Part shown: positions 10,970 to 25,530 of the stretch, in pieces
Numbering within the stretch: the stretch's first letter is position 1
How the letters are laid out: each line of letters starts with the position of its first letter
Source: Utricularia gibba
Lineage: Eukaryota; Plantae; Magnoliophyta
Reading direction: 5' to 3'
Length of the DNA: 64,000 nt
Assembly (NCBI GenBank): GCA_002189035.1
Contig: NEEC01000019.1
Coordinates: forward strand, 248,001 to 312,000
Position numbers and translations under genes: made by a program
Notes under the pieces: generated by a model
The model's input: the letters and a program-made list of their open reading frames with translations, nothing else
What the model was told of the DNA's origin: nothing
The model's database searches: none

Positions 10970-13274
10970 GTTGTGGTAAAAAATCAGTTCTATTGAAGAT
11001 GACCAATTTTTGGGATGCAAAGCCGGTTTTACCATATCCAATATGCGGTTTTAGGAGTTGTTGTGTTGATAAAGGGATGAAAGAAGTGAAAGGAGACAAA
11101 GAGTTTTATATGGAAATCGATGATAGACTTAAAAACCACGGAGTTAAGATAACTTACCAGAAAAATGTATTTCACTAGTGGAGAAAAAGGAAAGATTACA
11201 AGGCATGTGTTGAGAGTCCAATCCTTTTTCTTTCAATCATTCCCATATTTATAGAAAAAGCCAATCTGATTAAATCCTACAAATATCAGTTGCTTTTTGC
11301 GTTTGGTGATTATACGTGTGATCTTGTTGACAGATAACCGTCGACTACTCTGATATTCCTATAATTTGACTACTTTTCAAGCTCTACTAAAAATGGATGC
11401 CATTGCCTAGTTCTGATTCTTATCGATCTGTCAGCCACTTATAAATTGTCAAAATAGGTTTGAGATCTCTTCCTACTGATTTCATCTCCACATCGCATAT
11501 ACTGATTTACTACCCCATCAGGAGAATCCAAAGAAGAAGAAGGTGGGAGGGAGGATCCAAACTTCCAGAATCTAAGGTTTTAAGGATGCCATTTCATAAC
11601 ACTCAAAAACATTTTTGGTACATATAATACCATCATTTATTATTGAAATCATAAATTTAAAATGTTATTGTTATTAATTTGAAAAGCGCTTTTGTGATAC
11701 TCTACACTCTTTGTCATGTATTGTGATATTGGTATATATTCATAGATATCAGATAACAATCTTACATGGTAACATTATTTCAATTGAGGTTGAATTAATA
11801 ATATGAGTATAGGTGAGTTGTTGATATTAATACCATAGTATGCATTCACACTATCTGATACTTCCTCCAGGTTTCCCTAAGAAGAGTGATAAACTTGTGG
11901 AGTTGGTAACTCACCATCTAAGTCATCTTCCAGTCAATCATATAATGCAGCAATGACATCTAAGTTGGTAGTTTTTTGTTGATGCTGATATTGAAGCTAG
12001 AGAGTATGGAGAAGAGATATCCCAATTCTAATGATTTGCATCATCAAACTTCACACGTCTAGCAATTAGCATTTTTTTGAGTGAAGGATTGTAGATCCTT
12101 TAACCTTTAGTTACTTCTAAATACCCAACAAAGATACCAATTGAACCTCTGTCATCAAGTTTTGATCTTTGTGCAACTTAGTTTAGATAGTAAACAATAG
12201 AACCAAACATCTTCAAATGCTTGAAAGATGGAGGAAAGCCATATCATTTGTCATATGTAGTGTCTTCATCTAGAGTGCAGTGTGGTAGCCAGTTCTATAA
12301 GTACACATAAGTGACAATAGCTTCAGCCCATAAGCAAATCTTTCTCGAGGAGGTGACATCTGACCATAATCATGATAGTTTGATTATTGTGTTCTGCTAC
12401 ATCATTTTTCTCATGTGAGTAAGCTATTGTCAATATATGTTTCAAATATGTTGAAATAAATCTCCCACCATTATCAGATATTTGGCATTGAAGACCACAT
12501 GCCCTTTTTGCTATAGTTGTTAACATGAGAAATTTTTGAAATGTACCTACCTTAACTTTAGGAAATGGATTCAACATCAATGAGAAGTCAGCAATAAATG
12601 TTATGAAATATGTTGTGGTCAAAAATCGGTTAAATAGAATGAATCGAACCAAGTGTCTAAAATAGATCACATAGTGGAGTTTGATTTTCCAATTTGGGTT
12701 TGTGGTTCTGGGAAATGTAAAGTTGAGCATAAGAACACCAAGAATTTTTACATGAAAACCGTTTTGACAAAAAATCTCAGAGCTAAGGGAGCTCACCAGA
12801 GAAGTGAATCTCACTAGAAGAAAAGGGAGATGATTACAAGAGGTTTATGCGATACAGTGTGTTGGGTGTAGAATGTAGAATGCAGAATGGCTATTCCCTC
12901 AATTTGAGCTCGTATTTATAGAAAAGCTTTGGTTGACCGATTTTGGATGGGTCAAGTACTCTTTGTATTGGATAGGATATGCTTGATTTTGTTTGTGATC
13001 TTGCTTACAAATAACCGCCACTTGCTCTGAATCCCTGAAAGTCGATGGTCGTTTAAGCAGCTTGTCATTTGCTATAGGCTTTCAGTACCTCTTTTCTATC
13101 CCCTTGAGGATCATATCAGATTTTTAGAGAACATTCGGGCCGATTTATTGTCTATAGGTTAATCTATGATCTCTGCTCTATTTAACATTTGGGCCGATTC
13201 ATCCAATTTACTTCATGGGTTCCATGAATTGGGGCCCTCTTTATTTACTTTGAATTGTGATCAAATTTATATCA
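10970..13274 (-). mobile_element. Degenerate Ty1/Copia remnant: two diverged LTR-like copies (10970-~11500, 12611-13274) flanking integrase/RT debris
   Basis: Both copies start TGTTGTGGT(A/C)AAAAATC and share the CACTAG..GAAAA..GATTACAAG and TATTTATAGAAAA blocks. ORF 12323-12814 holds integrase fragments (SDNGG.F, AEHNNQTIMIMVRC). Confidence 0.55.
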
Positions 13275-14637
13275 TTGATAAAATCCTCTACTTAATCTAT
13301 GTGCTATAGAAATTATGATGAGATCATAATGTGAGATTCTTCAAGCACTCATGATCAAGTTAAAAACTCCCTGGCTAGAGTGTTTGTGAAATGAGGATAT
13401 CACAAATACGGATAAGCTGGCACACATTGAGTTCCCTAAACTGTTTAGGCAATGGTTCTCACAATTGATGTAATGAGATTACTAGAACCTATGTGTGGGT
13501 GTCCATTAGAGAATCGATTCACTGGATGACTCATCTTCGAGATGCTACTATGGGAAGCTAACCAAGTGTCAGTAGCAAGATCTCGAATATGACAGCCGTG
13601 CAAGTAAGCTTAGACTTGAGGTCAACAAAGTTATCTTGATCTTAAGCTCACATTTTCGCTCATTACTAATGGGAGCCTAACCATGGCTTGCCTAGTATGG
13701 ATGAGTAGGGATGTGACTCCTTAAGATGGAGATAGTTGATTGATCAATAAAGGATTCATCACTCATGTTAGCGATGAGATCATATCTCAAGTAATTGCAT
13801 CAAAGCCTAACAGTATGTCCTGGGCCTAGGGTAATGACACTTGAATTGTTTGAGTAGGTCATTGAGTGTTAGTGCTTGAATGCAATTATAAGTTCGATAC
13901 ATCAGAAAGACACACACCCATGTTCTGGTACCGAATGAGATATAAGTATGATGAAAGCTGTTCATTGCATGGTGGATGGTCATGGAAAGGCTCAATCAGT
14001 TCACCTGATTATTCTTTAATCTTGGGGATCATGATATGTTGCAAGACATCACTCATGATCGATAATGATGGATTTGATTAATTAAGAGTTAATTAATAAA
14101 TCCATTATTACGGCCTTGATTGAGGAAGCCTATAGGGTTACACACAATAGTGGAGTCACTCATCGATATAAAACAGAATGACACAATTACATGAGATGTA
14201 ATTGGTAAAGTGGATAAATTAAATAGAGAATTATTTTGAGATTAATATTGATTAAACTCAAAATAAAAGATCTCATATAGATATGATTTGATATGTCACA
14301 AAATATCTATAAAAAAGATTTAGATCTTGAGATCTCCTCGAAGGTCTTCTTGCTCTCTGAGACTGATCCACAAGGAGGCATTTTTCTCTACTAGTACCTG
14401 AGAAATTCGACCAGCATTCAAGAGCCTTGAGAAGGTTATCGACGGAGTGCTCCACATGTGGATACCATAGAGGTCGTCTGCTATTGGCGGTTGGTGAACA
14501 ATGGAGTCATCTGAAAGGTACTTTGAACATCCGTATGTCTGATGTATACCGTATTCCAAGATCTACGTTGGGGGTTTCTCAAAATTTTTAAAATTCCGCT
14601 GCTTTTGAGACATACGATGTCTACGAGAAACCCAACA
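13275..14637 (+). mobile_element. 5'-truncated LTR of the Angela-type Copia family
   Basis: Ends ...GAGACATACGATGTCTACGAGAAACCCAACA, matching the LTR ends at 25943, 31024 and 32689. The left terminus was not found. Confidence 0.7.
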
Positions 14638-14899
14638 GCATGCTGATTTTGTGCACCATCAAAGGACTTACTTCTTCCTAAAAACTACACCTTCATTGGG
14701 CTACATAGAATCACATGAAGAAGACACAGTTTTATAGGAGCACTATGTAAGGGGAATTAGTATATTTTGTTGAGTCAGCTTTCCTTTGGCACAAATGTAG
14801 TACAAAGTCTTAGATTGTTTCACCAGACACTTAGATAAGCCTTGCACAAATTTTTTTTGGAACATATCATACATGTCTTTGTTAGCGACATGACAAAGG

Positions 14900-17800
14900 T
14901 GTTACATAATTTGTGGCTGTCTCGTGTGTTGTAATTCAGTGCAAATGCATAGCAAACCCAGAACAGAAACAAGAAAGTAAAGAACATGAGGTTTTAATGT
15001 GGAAAAGCGAATTGGTAAAAAACCACGGGTGGTAATCACACCAGATCAAAAAATCCTTCACTAATAATTTGGGTTTTGAAACAAAAGCAAAAACAGCTCC
15101 AAAAACAATAGGCTCAGCCAGCCAAGCTTTTCCCAAAATGAGAAAACAACGATTCCGTAAAGATTGCTATAGAATCGAGTGGGATGTTTTCTCCTCACCT
15201 TCCTGGATCTTAGATCAAATGCATACCCAGATGAAGATGAGTCTTCAAGACAGGCCAAGAAAAAACAAGCAGCGGAACTCCTGGAATGCTCCTCTGATTT
15301 CTACGAGAAGAAAACTACATTGATGGTCAATTCAACAGTCCATTTATAGTTTTCTTGAAGTTGGGCTCCTCTATCTGAACTGAAGCTAGATCTAGGCTGA
15401 GCCATGGTCATTCAGCTGCCCACTTGATCCGAAGAGGTGAAATCTAGCCCAACAATTCTCTCTTTCTAGCTTGAGTTCAACTTAGTTTATGTCATCTACC
15501 AATCTCAATTTGCACTCATGGGATTGATGTTTGGTGGTTGGCAACAACTTTGTGAGAGCGTTTGCAACATTTTCAGAAGTGTCTATCTTTTCTAGACTGA
15601 CATATCCACTTTTGATGATATTTCTGATCCAATGTCACCTATTATCAATAGGTTTAGTGCGAGAATGGAACGCTGCATTTTTGCTGAGTTGAATGGCACT
15701 CTGACAATCAGAGTACACCATTGGCATGCCTTATAGAGAGCCAAATTCATTCATAATTCTCCCAAGCCACAAGGCTTCTTTCACTGCTTCCGTCAGTGCC
15801 ATGTACTCTACCTCAGTTGTAGATAGAGCGAATGTTTTCTACAAATGTGAGCTCCAAGAGATAGCAACTCCAGCCACTAAGGTGACTATCCTTGAAGTGG
15901 ATCTTCATGTGTCAATGTCTTCTTCCATATCAGCATCTATATAAACCTGTGGGCCGATACTTCCCATTCCATAACTCAGCTTATATTCCCTTGTTCCTTT
16001 GAGGTAACGTAGCAGCCATTTCACCCCATTCCAGTGTTGCTTTCTAATAAACGGAAATTTTCTAATGTCGTTGCAAAAATAAAAATTTTGTGACAAATAA
16101 ATATATAAGCCCTAATCCTCAAAAAATACAAATTAAACACAAAATGTACAGTGGAATTCAGGGTCGCTCACAAAGAGCTGGTACTTGCTAAGTGTTTCAG
16201 CAGATGTAGAATTCGGAATAATAGTGGTTCTTAATCTAAGTTCGAACTAACAAAGGTAAGCACGTTCAGTGAACAAAATCAAGTCTCAATGCGGAAAGTA
16301 ACATTTACTGGTTTTAACATAGACTAATGCAAAGATGCCTTAAGAGTCTACAAGTGGTGTGGTGTTAAGATGCCTAATTTAATTTACCATGTTCCTATAC
16401 TCACAACTTCAAACAACCTAAGTCTACCAAGATCATTCATCATATTTTCAGCTAAGCTAGTCCCAAATATCATCACTAACATTGTAATTAGGTTTACCCG
16501 CGTGCAAAGTATATAGAACTAGGTATACTCGGTTCTACTAGTTTTACCCTGAACTAATACCTATTGCTCCCACCTTGATTTATTGGTATACCTCTAAATC
16601 AAGCATCTTAGTTGCGAAGTTACTTGTTCCCCTCCTTGAGTTTACCCATGGAATGATAAAAATAAGAACTAAGAAACAAATGTAAATTTCATTATTAACC
16701 CTAGATCCACACCACCATTCTACTCCTTAAGGCATCCCCTAAGGCTTACCTATTCATGCATGGAAGATAAAGCATAATATTATTAAGATAAATTGAAGAG
16801 AATAGCAAAGACATTGTAAAACAATAGTCAAAGTAACGAAATATCTAACAAACTAAAGATAAAGTTGAGTGTTTTGTTCGCGATCTACTACTATTCACTG
16901 CTCGGAACAGTAGTGCTGAATTGAGTCTTTGATGGTGTTCTTCAAGTCTTTAGTCTTCCTTCTGGAAAAATCACCTTTATCCTCCTTCTTTTCTGTTCTT
17001 CCTCCCCCCTCCTGGGATCTGGTTGTGTTCTCTTTCTTCTCCCCTCTCCAAAAATATCTTCTTTTCTTTTCTTTTCATTTTCCAAGGTCAGTACACTGTT
17101 CCTGACATCTGTAATGTTCCTGGGCTGAAGCTGCAGACTGAGGGCGGCTAAATATTAATCATGTGTCCTTCTTGTATCTTGTGCCCATCTACTTGTGCAT
17201 ACGAACTAGCTAAATTTGATCCATAATGCTACCACTAACACTTAGAAGAATATTAGAAATCATAATATAGACTAAATCATTAATTGAGTCTATATTATGC
17301 ATAAAAATATAAATAACATTAAAATTAACAAAATATCAAAAACCATAATTAAAATACATAATTTTATCATTAAACATCTAAATTTCATAACCTAAAAACA
17401 CTAATAAAATGTATGTTATCACTTTCCTGGATTCTCCATATATCTACTCACTATACTCACCACATATGCAATATCTGGTTGAGTGCAGATCATCAAATAC
17501 ATTAGGGATCCAACCGCAAAGGAATAGGGTACGTTGCTCATAATCTCCTTGTCAACATCTGTTTTTGGTGACATTTGGGAGGAGAACTTTAAGTGTCCAG
17601 GGAGAGGTCCTTGCACAAGTTAAGCTGCATTCATATGAAATTCCTTAAGAATAGAGTCAATGTATTTACCTTGAGAGAGAGAGAGAGGATTCTTTTGACT
17701 CTGTTTCTTGTAATATCTATTCCAAGAATTTTCTTTGCCTCAGCAAGATCTTTCATTTCAAAAATGGTAGCCATTTGTCTTTTTAGGTCTTGTATTAGTG

Positions 17801-20800
17801 CCTTATTCGAACTAGCCAATAACATATCATCACCGTAAAGTAACAAAAAAATGCAATCACCATCACTGTTTTTCTTCCAATAGGTGCAGTGGTCCCCATC
17901 ACATCTTTTAAATCCATTATCTTTCATAAAAGTGTTAAATTTGAAGTACCATTGGTGAGGGGCTTGTTTAAGTCTATAAAAACTCCTTTTTAATCTGCAC
18001 ACTTGATCTTCTTTACCATATTCTACGATCCCTCAATCCACTTCATGCACAGCTCTTCATTGAGATCGCCGTGAAAGAAGTCAATCTTTATATCTAGCTG
18101 TTCCGTTTCCCAATTGCAGTGAGCTATAAGAGATAAGATCAATCTTATAATGTTCATCGTCACCACAGGCGAGAAGATCTCTTCATGATCTTCTCCTTTC
18201 CTTTGGCAATATCCCTTGACAACTACCCTTGCTTTGTATCTAACACTCCCATCTGGATTCTGCTTGAATTTGAATATCCATCAATTTTCCAGTGGCTTCT
18301 TTCCAAAAGGCAGTTTCACAAGTTCATAGGTGTCATTTTTCTTCAGAGACAACATTTCTTCTTGCATTACTTCCAGCCATTTGTTTCTTTGAGGCGAGTT
18401 CATGGCTTCATTCACTGTTCTCGGTTCTCCTTCTTCAATGATTAGAGCCACTTCAGATACATCTTCTTTGCTCAAATCATGCTCACTCTTTGGATACCTA
18501 GACGAAGGAGTACGGTGTCTTGATGATCTTCTCAGACTAGGTGTCCCCCTTTGCTCTGAGCTACCATCGGGTTGTAGAGAAGATTTCGGTTCAGGTGATA
18601 TACCTAATAAGGAAGGATTGGGTGGTTTATCTGGATCCTCTATTGTCAATCTGACCTTTATCACCTTGTCCATATGTTGCTATTGAATATGCATTTCACT
18701 TTATCAAATAGAGTTCGGTTGAACTATTATGCAATGGTGTTGTGAGCTGGAATTCCAAGGGTAGTGACAATCTTTCTAATCCCAAAATGTTCGTAGTACT
18801 TTTCAAGTTCCCGTGACAGTACTCACCCCATTGTCATACTTGAATTATTTCAGCTTCCTTCCTACTCTCTTTCAAGCATGGGATGTAATAGTTTAAAGTA
18901 GTTCAAAACATCACTCTTTTCTCAATCAGATAAATCTAGGCTTTCCTATATGAATCATCAATGAAGGATATGTAGAAATATTTTCTTGAGCCTTATTCTT
19001 CATTAATTGCCCCCCCCCCCCCCGCCCCACATCAGAGAACATCAAATCTCTCCAATCTTTGCTTGAATGATGCTCTGTGATGCTTACCAATAATGCAACT
19101 TTTAAAGAGTTTACATCTCTGATTGGACTTTCTGATGAATCATGTATGATTCAGATGATAGGCAGTGTCATCAATGTGTCCCAATCTCATGTGCCATAGG
19201 GAGAAGTCAGTGTTCGTTCTAGTCACTAGATTGATGCTTGAGGTATCATACTCAACATTTGTCTTGTATAGAGTTCCGTTGAGGCAACGTTTTCCCGACA
19301 CAACTGATCCTTTTATTAACTTCCAGTATCCTTCAGAGAAGTTGCTGGTAAAGCCAGCTCTATCTAGATTATTTACTGACAAAAGGTTCATCCGTGTGTA
19401 AGGGTTATTTTCCGGCAGGAGGTTGTTTCCACAATTGGTTTTTACCACCAGCTCCCCTACACCTGCAATTTTGACTTTACTGATGTTACCCATTCTTACT
19501 GATCCAAAGTTTCTAGGTGATCCTTAGAGAGGGTAGCATGATAGCTAGCCACAAAGTCCACAATCCACAATTCTTTTGTTGAGGCACTTTGAGAGTCAAT
19601 GGATAGCAACACCATTAGCTCTTCTTGATCAGGTCTGTCTACCTCTTCGGTTAGTACTAGAATTTCCTCAGCAGCCTCAATAGTGAAGGTAGCATCTTCA
19701 CCTTTATGCTTGTTTTGGTTTCCTTCCCTATCTAGTTTTACCATCCGCAACCAATACCTTCAGTCCTTTTTGAGATGTCTAGGTTTTTTGCAATAGCAGT
19801 AGGACCTGGTCTCTTTTTGCCCATCCCTTTTTAATTCCTTGGGTCGGTCCTTTACATTTTTCCCTTTTTCTTTCGGTTCCTTTCTGGTTCTGGTGTGTTC
19901 TTTGTGTCTATTCTTACCTCTATGCTCAGTGATTGCAAGCGTTTCTTTTGAAGTAAAGCCACTGGACATGCATCGCTGCTCTTCCTGTACAAGTGCATTT
20001 GCCACCATTTCAAATTCTAGTTTATCCAAGATACTGTTACTCAACTTGATAACCATTGTCTCCCAACTAGTTGCTAAGCTGTTCAGCAGTTTAATTGCTA
20101 GTGCTTCATCATCAAATGACATACCAACTGCCAACATAAGGTCTGCAATTTGGTGGAAGTTACTCAAGTGTTCGACCATTGATTCCCCATCTTTGAACTT
20201 TAGATTTGACAGCCTTTTGTCCAGCATTATTTTTTTTTTGTGGGTTGTTTGGTTGATAGATCTCTTGCAATTTATTCCACAGAATTTTGAGCATCTTCAA
20301 ACTTGGAGATCCTACGGTGAAGCATCCTATCAACATGCACCAAAATATAAGAGGCTGCTTTGAGGTGCAAATCAGCCCAATCTTCTGCGTGAATTTTTTT
20401 AGGCTTAGCCTTCTCTAAAACCACAGGTTTCCATAGGTCCTTGCACACCAAAAGTGCCTTCATCATTGATTTCCTTCTACACAACATAGTCTTTAGAGTT
20501 TAGTTTAATCACCGATATAGCTTCCTCCATTTCCAATCACGAGAGAGAAGGGTTCAAATAAACACCCAATCCACAATTAATTCTCAGAATTTGCAACCTT
20601 GCTCTGATACCAGTTTGTTACATAATTTGTGGCTGTCTCGTGTGCTGTAGTTCAATGTGAACATAGAGCAAACCCAGAACAGAAACAAGAAAGTAAAGAA
20701 CATGAGATTTTAACGTGAAAAACCGCATTGGTAAAAACCATAGGTGATAATCACACCAGATCAGAAAACCCTTCACTAATAATTTGGGTTTCAAAACAGG

Positions 20801-21167
20801 AGCAAGAATAGCTCTAAAAACAATAGGCTCAGCTAGCCAAGCTTTTCCCAAAATGAGAAAACAACGATTCTGTAAAGGTTGCTATAGAATTGAGTGGGAT
20901 GTTTTCTCCTCGCCTTCCTCAATCTCAAATCAAAGGCATACCCAGAAGAACATGAGTCTTCGAGACAGATCAAGAAAAAACCAGCAGCAGGACTCCTGGA
21001 ATGCTCCTCTGATTTCTGCAAGAAGAAAACTGAATTAATAGTTAGTTCAACAGTCTATTTGCAGTTTCCTTGAAGTTGGAATCCCCTATCCTAAATGAAG
21101 CTGGATCTAGGCTGAGCCATGGTCATTCAGCTGCCCACTTGGTCCGATGGGCTGAAATCCAGCCCAA
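14900..21167 (-). mobile_element. Ty1/Copia (Tork-like) element with both LTRs, decayed, interrupted by a solo LTR
   Basis: LTRs at 14900-15454 and 20616-~21167 both start TGTTACATAATTTGTGGCTG. PBS-Met GCTCTGATACCA at 20601-20612; PPT-like tract at 15455-15465. gag starts at 20530; CCHC knuckle, SLWHMRLGH, degenerate integrase, RT/RNaseH fragments. TSD AAAGG is intact on the left and partly deleted on the right. Confidence 0.9.
16045..17421 (-). mobile_element. Solo LTR, Athila-like Gypsy family (1377 bp)
   Basis: TAATAAACG...TTATCA (TG mutated to TA) with a perfect CTTTC TSD (16040-16044 / 17422-17426). It splits the host RT between ENPGK and QHWNGVKW. Confidence 0.85.
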
Positions 21168-22590
21168 GGACTTACTTCTTCCTAATAACTCCACCTTTGT
21201 GGATTACATAGAATCACATGAACAAGACCCATTTTTGCAGGAGCACTATATTATGTGTATTAAGTATATTGTGTTTGAGCCAACTTCCTTTGGCACAAAT
21301 GTAGTACTAAGTCTCATATTGTTTCCATGGACGCTTAGATAAGCCTTGCACTAATTTTTTTTGGAACATATCATACATGTAGGTAGCCTCCATTGTTTGC
21401 ATGCTTTGCGTAGATTTGTTAAACTTTTAGATCATATATGATGCATGAATGATCTGTAAATATTATGTTGACACCTTTTGTGCTCAATTAGATAACATTG
21501 ACAAGGTTCATATCCAAATTGTGTATCCACAAAACCTCTTTTGTGAACTGCCGACCATAAGGTGTTTCCACTTGAACTTTTATTGTACCTTGTATCTTGA
21601 TGACAACATCATTATTAACCCGAACAACCAAGGAGGCAGCAATATCCAAAATGGAAAAATGCTTCATTGCTTACCATGTGGAATGAACAACTAGAGTAAA
21701 TTAACCATTGATATTGTGCAAAAAAACTGCTGAGTGGTCAAGTAAGCATCAAGGATTGCTAAAAGATATTCCCCCTTAACTTCAGCCTCTTATTGTTGAG
21801 ATGGCATGTCGACAACCAAGGAGGCAGCAATTTGTTTCGTGGTTCTATTGACCCTTGCGGGACATATATTCTCTATATGACTTAATTGTCAACATAGTCG
21901 TAGATCCCATCAAGCCTTCTCTAATAGTGCATGGAGGAAATTTGTTCCTCTTGCTTTTTCCTAACTATTGTTGATCAGGTTTCCAAGCATAGTTGATTGC
22001 ATGAAAGCCATTAGTGCACTTTAAGAGGTAGGATGATCCATGTTGAGCTTGTTTTCCAAAACTTGAAGAGAACTAACAATTTTGGCAATAGTCAAATTTC
22101 TGTAATTGAAGCCATTTTCCAAAATACTTAGCTTTTGTTTAAAGTATGGTAGAAGCAAGTGGAGAATTTTTTTTTTTTTTTTGACATAAAAAACTCATCC
22201 TTGTTTACTCCAAGTACTATCAATTTTTTCACATTCAAATTTGAATCCGAATTTTTTAGACAAAGAAAGCTCCTTAGTCATCTCATCTCCTTCAAATTCG
22301 AGTTAGAATTTATCCCAAATTTCCATAGCTATGGAAGAGGTTATCATTGATGGAGTTATTGATCGATCCAGAGCTGAAAGGATCACCAAATTCGTGGCTT
22401 CCTTGTAGGTGAGTAAGTCTTCATATCAAGTTTGTGCAATAGTAGTGTAGGGGTTGGTTTTATGATAAGAGAATCATTCTCCACTACATCCCAAAGTTTC
22501 ATGACTACAAGATATGCTTTCATGTAGAATGCCCACATTGCATAGTCACACACGTCAAACATTCAAATAGCTATCGAAGCGGTGGCATCC
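21168..22590 (-). mobile_element. Old, heavily decayed Copia gag/protease/pre-integrase backbone (continues at 14640-14899)
   Basis: Minus-strand gag start MDATAS..FD..DYAMWAFYMKAYL..KLWDVVE at ~22590, followed by protease and pre-integrase fragments with many stops. Confidence 0.55.
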
Positions 22591-24296
22591 ATGGCTTAGT
22601 TTAAAAAGGAGAGATAAATGAGATGCATGAAATAACTGCTCTAATATTAGTTGTAGAATCAAAGACAATATTGAGGAGGAATTTACAATGCCTCATTGGA
22701 ATTGGATAGAGTTGAAAGAAATGACAAAATGACTCAAAGTTTGCAATAAAACAAAGTGGTCATGGCAATACTTGAGAGAACCAAGATAATGCCAACCGTT
22801 AACAATTAACACTTAAATACTCACACATTGACCGATTCAATACAAAACTAATGGGAAAAATGAATAGAGACGTAGTGGTTGCAACAGAAAAAAATAGAGT
22901 CATACGCAAGGCATAACCAGATCATTTAATCACATTTGACATTTCTCAATGCTTGGGCCAACCTTGTTGACTTATGATATGATGAGATGTTAGCTTTCAC
23001 AGGATACTCAACTATGTAACTCAATTCTGTTAGAATATTTGCAAGCCAATTAGTAGACTACGTGACAAAGATGACGTGAAGTGAATGCAAGGAAAAACAA
23101 CACTATTTGCAATAATTTCGAGAAAACCTCAGGGTGCTCCACACCAGGTTGTAATTCTCCACTATCACCAGTTAGGATACACAGGAAGATTAACATCTCC
23201 CGAATCAAGCTCAAGAATTGTTTCGTGTTGTTTACTCAAAAAATTTTAAATATTTATAAAACGTAAAACACAAAAAGCGTAGTACGAGTATCGATCTCAG
23301 GGAGTTGTTTTTCGTGAAAAGTCTTTGTAAAAACTTTCACAAAATGTCACGATTTTGTAAAAGGGGGTTTGTGAGCAGAAATAAAAGTTACAACCTAAGT
23401 GATGGGCCTTGACTACGGTACGCAATTCCTGGGAATAAGATTCTATTTTCCTTCTTTTGTTCGTCCTTGCCTCGGTTTTCACTGATTTCTTCTGAATAGC
23501 TAAAGGAGCAAGGAATAGTCTACTCTCCCTTACACTCTGATTGATAAGGAGGCACGGGAATAGTCTCATGTGATTCCCCTTGGACGATTAGGAAGACAAG
23601 AGGATTGCCTTCGATTGCCTTCAAAACCGAATTGTGCGCATGTGCCCAGCTGTTGCCAATGGCTAGTGGTAGGTCCGAGGTCACAACCTGTCCGCTATCT
23701 TTGTACCTAGGCCACAAACAATCTGCTACTTCCCTCGAACCAGTAGGGTTGGAGTTGGTGCTCTTCGCCTTGATCTTCATCAAAATCCTTACGAAACCTC
23801 AAGTGTGGTGTTAACCATGGTTTCGCCAAACATCCTTATCTTTGGCACCCCGTGTATTTTTTTCGGTCTCGGTCTGGTCACTATAGGAGCAGCAAAAATT
23901 TATTCACAACATACTATATACAAGGAATGGAAATGTAGTCAAGGTATAATCTTTCCTAAGGCATGCCATAAGAGCTTGAAATCTAGAAATAAAAATAATT
24001 GAGGTATTTTCCTAACAGCAAGGAATTCATGAACCTAAGCATGATCAATCCTCGAAATTCTAGCATTAATCATGGAAGCAAATATACTTGAGGAGCATAG
24101 TGGAGATTTTTTTTCACAAATAAAAACAAAAGGAAAACAAAACATGAAGCACGAAAACAGAAAACAAAACATTCATCACAATTTAACATATAATTCCTAA
24201 TGCCCATAAAATACTAGAAAATAAAAAGAAACATAAACTCCTCCCCCGCACTTAATTTTGACGATGTCCTCATCATCAAGTGCAGTGGAGGGTACC

Positions 24297-25530
24297 TTAG
24301 TCATGGGGCATGCGGGAGTGGTAAGCAGTGGCTATAAGTGTGTCCAGCTTCATGGAGAGCACAGAAAACTGTTCTTGGAGACTCTGAATAGCTAGCAGCA
24401 GGGTATGTTTGGTTGGGCTGGAGGGTGCAGTGCTCAAAGGAATGTCTATTGGCGTACCAAATGGGTTCACAATGGAGGGAGGCATGTAAGTATTGGTACT
24501 CTTGGTACTCGCTTGTACGAAAACAGCCTTCCCTTCAACCTCCTTCAGGTAGCTGCAAGAAAACAGGTCATCCAGATCTAGATAACGAAAATGGTTATCT
24601 ACCTGAGGGGTCTGCTTTTCCAGGTTCACGTTGAGATGTTGGGCGAGCTTGGTGATGACAGAAGCAAAGGGGAGCACCCTCTCATTCTTAGCAGTGATGG
24701 AGTGCATTTGAGTGGCAATCCACCATCCCAAGTTAATGGGGAGCTTCTTCATCATCGCCCACAGAAAGAATACAATGACCTTGGCAATGATGCTGGTTCC
24801 TTGTCGGGTTGCACTATAACAGCCTCCCAAGTACCTGTTCAACACTAAAAGAGCAGGGGCCCTCAAGCAATGGGCCTTGAAGCATAAGCACACTACAGAA
24901 TATGGGGGCTCACAGATAGACATAGAAGCATAAGCATCTAGTACATTAAAATGCTCAGGATAATCACAAAATGCTTGGAGGTAACAAGTAGTGGCTAAAT
25001 CAGATTTAGAAACAAAGCCTAAAGCCACATTAAAATCATTTATAGACATGCGAAAATTTTTACCACCAAGGCGAAATGAAGACAATTCCTCAGCAAGGGG
25101 ATTTCCAGCCACATCCTCAAACACAAAAGTAGTGTAAAACTCTAGGATGGCCCTTTATTAGCGGCACGCTCCATGTCAAAGATCCAGAGATCCACATCTT
25201 CGTCAATGGTGATCTCTTATGTGATGTCATCATCCTGTACTGGAATTCCTTTTGCCTGACCTTCTTCTCCAGCAATTTCTTCCGGTTGTGGGAGTTGTGG
25301 GATCTCGGGAGCAAAAATTGCTGCTGGGGAATTTGGCTCTTAGGGTTCCGGCTCGTCAGTAGCAAAAGTAGCAGTAGCCGGGACTGGGTACCACTCCAGG
25401 TACAGCACCAGAGACACAATGGTCAGAGGCATGGCCTCAATCAGAACAGACTCCGTCGCAGCGCCTGGAGATGGCTCATGCTCAGGCGGAACAGAAGCTT
25501 CTTCTGGGTTGTTGGTGCGGTGACTGATAA
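24297..25530 (-). pseudogene. Athila env-like/accessory ORF (275-aa open part plus acidic Pro-rich N-terminal part)
   Basis: FRLGG..FRMSINDF.VALG motif, located between pol and a PPT-like tract at ~24240-24253. The N-terminal part is interrupted. Confidence 0.6.

Noticed and set aside
19009-19028. Poly-C/G run as a functional G-quadruplex
   Set aside because: It sits at a deletion point in a decayed integrase (after DVWG). Slippage or a homopolymer length error is more likely.
20601-20612. tRNA-like sequences (also 31011, 37108, 43645)
   Set aside because: These are 11-12 nt primer-binding sites of LTR elements, not tRNA genes.
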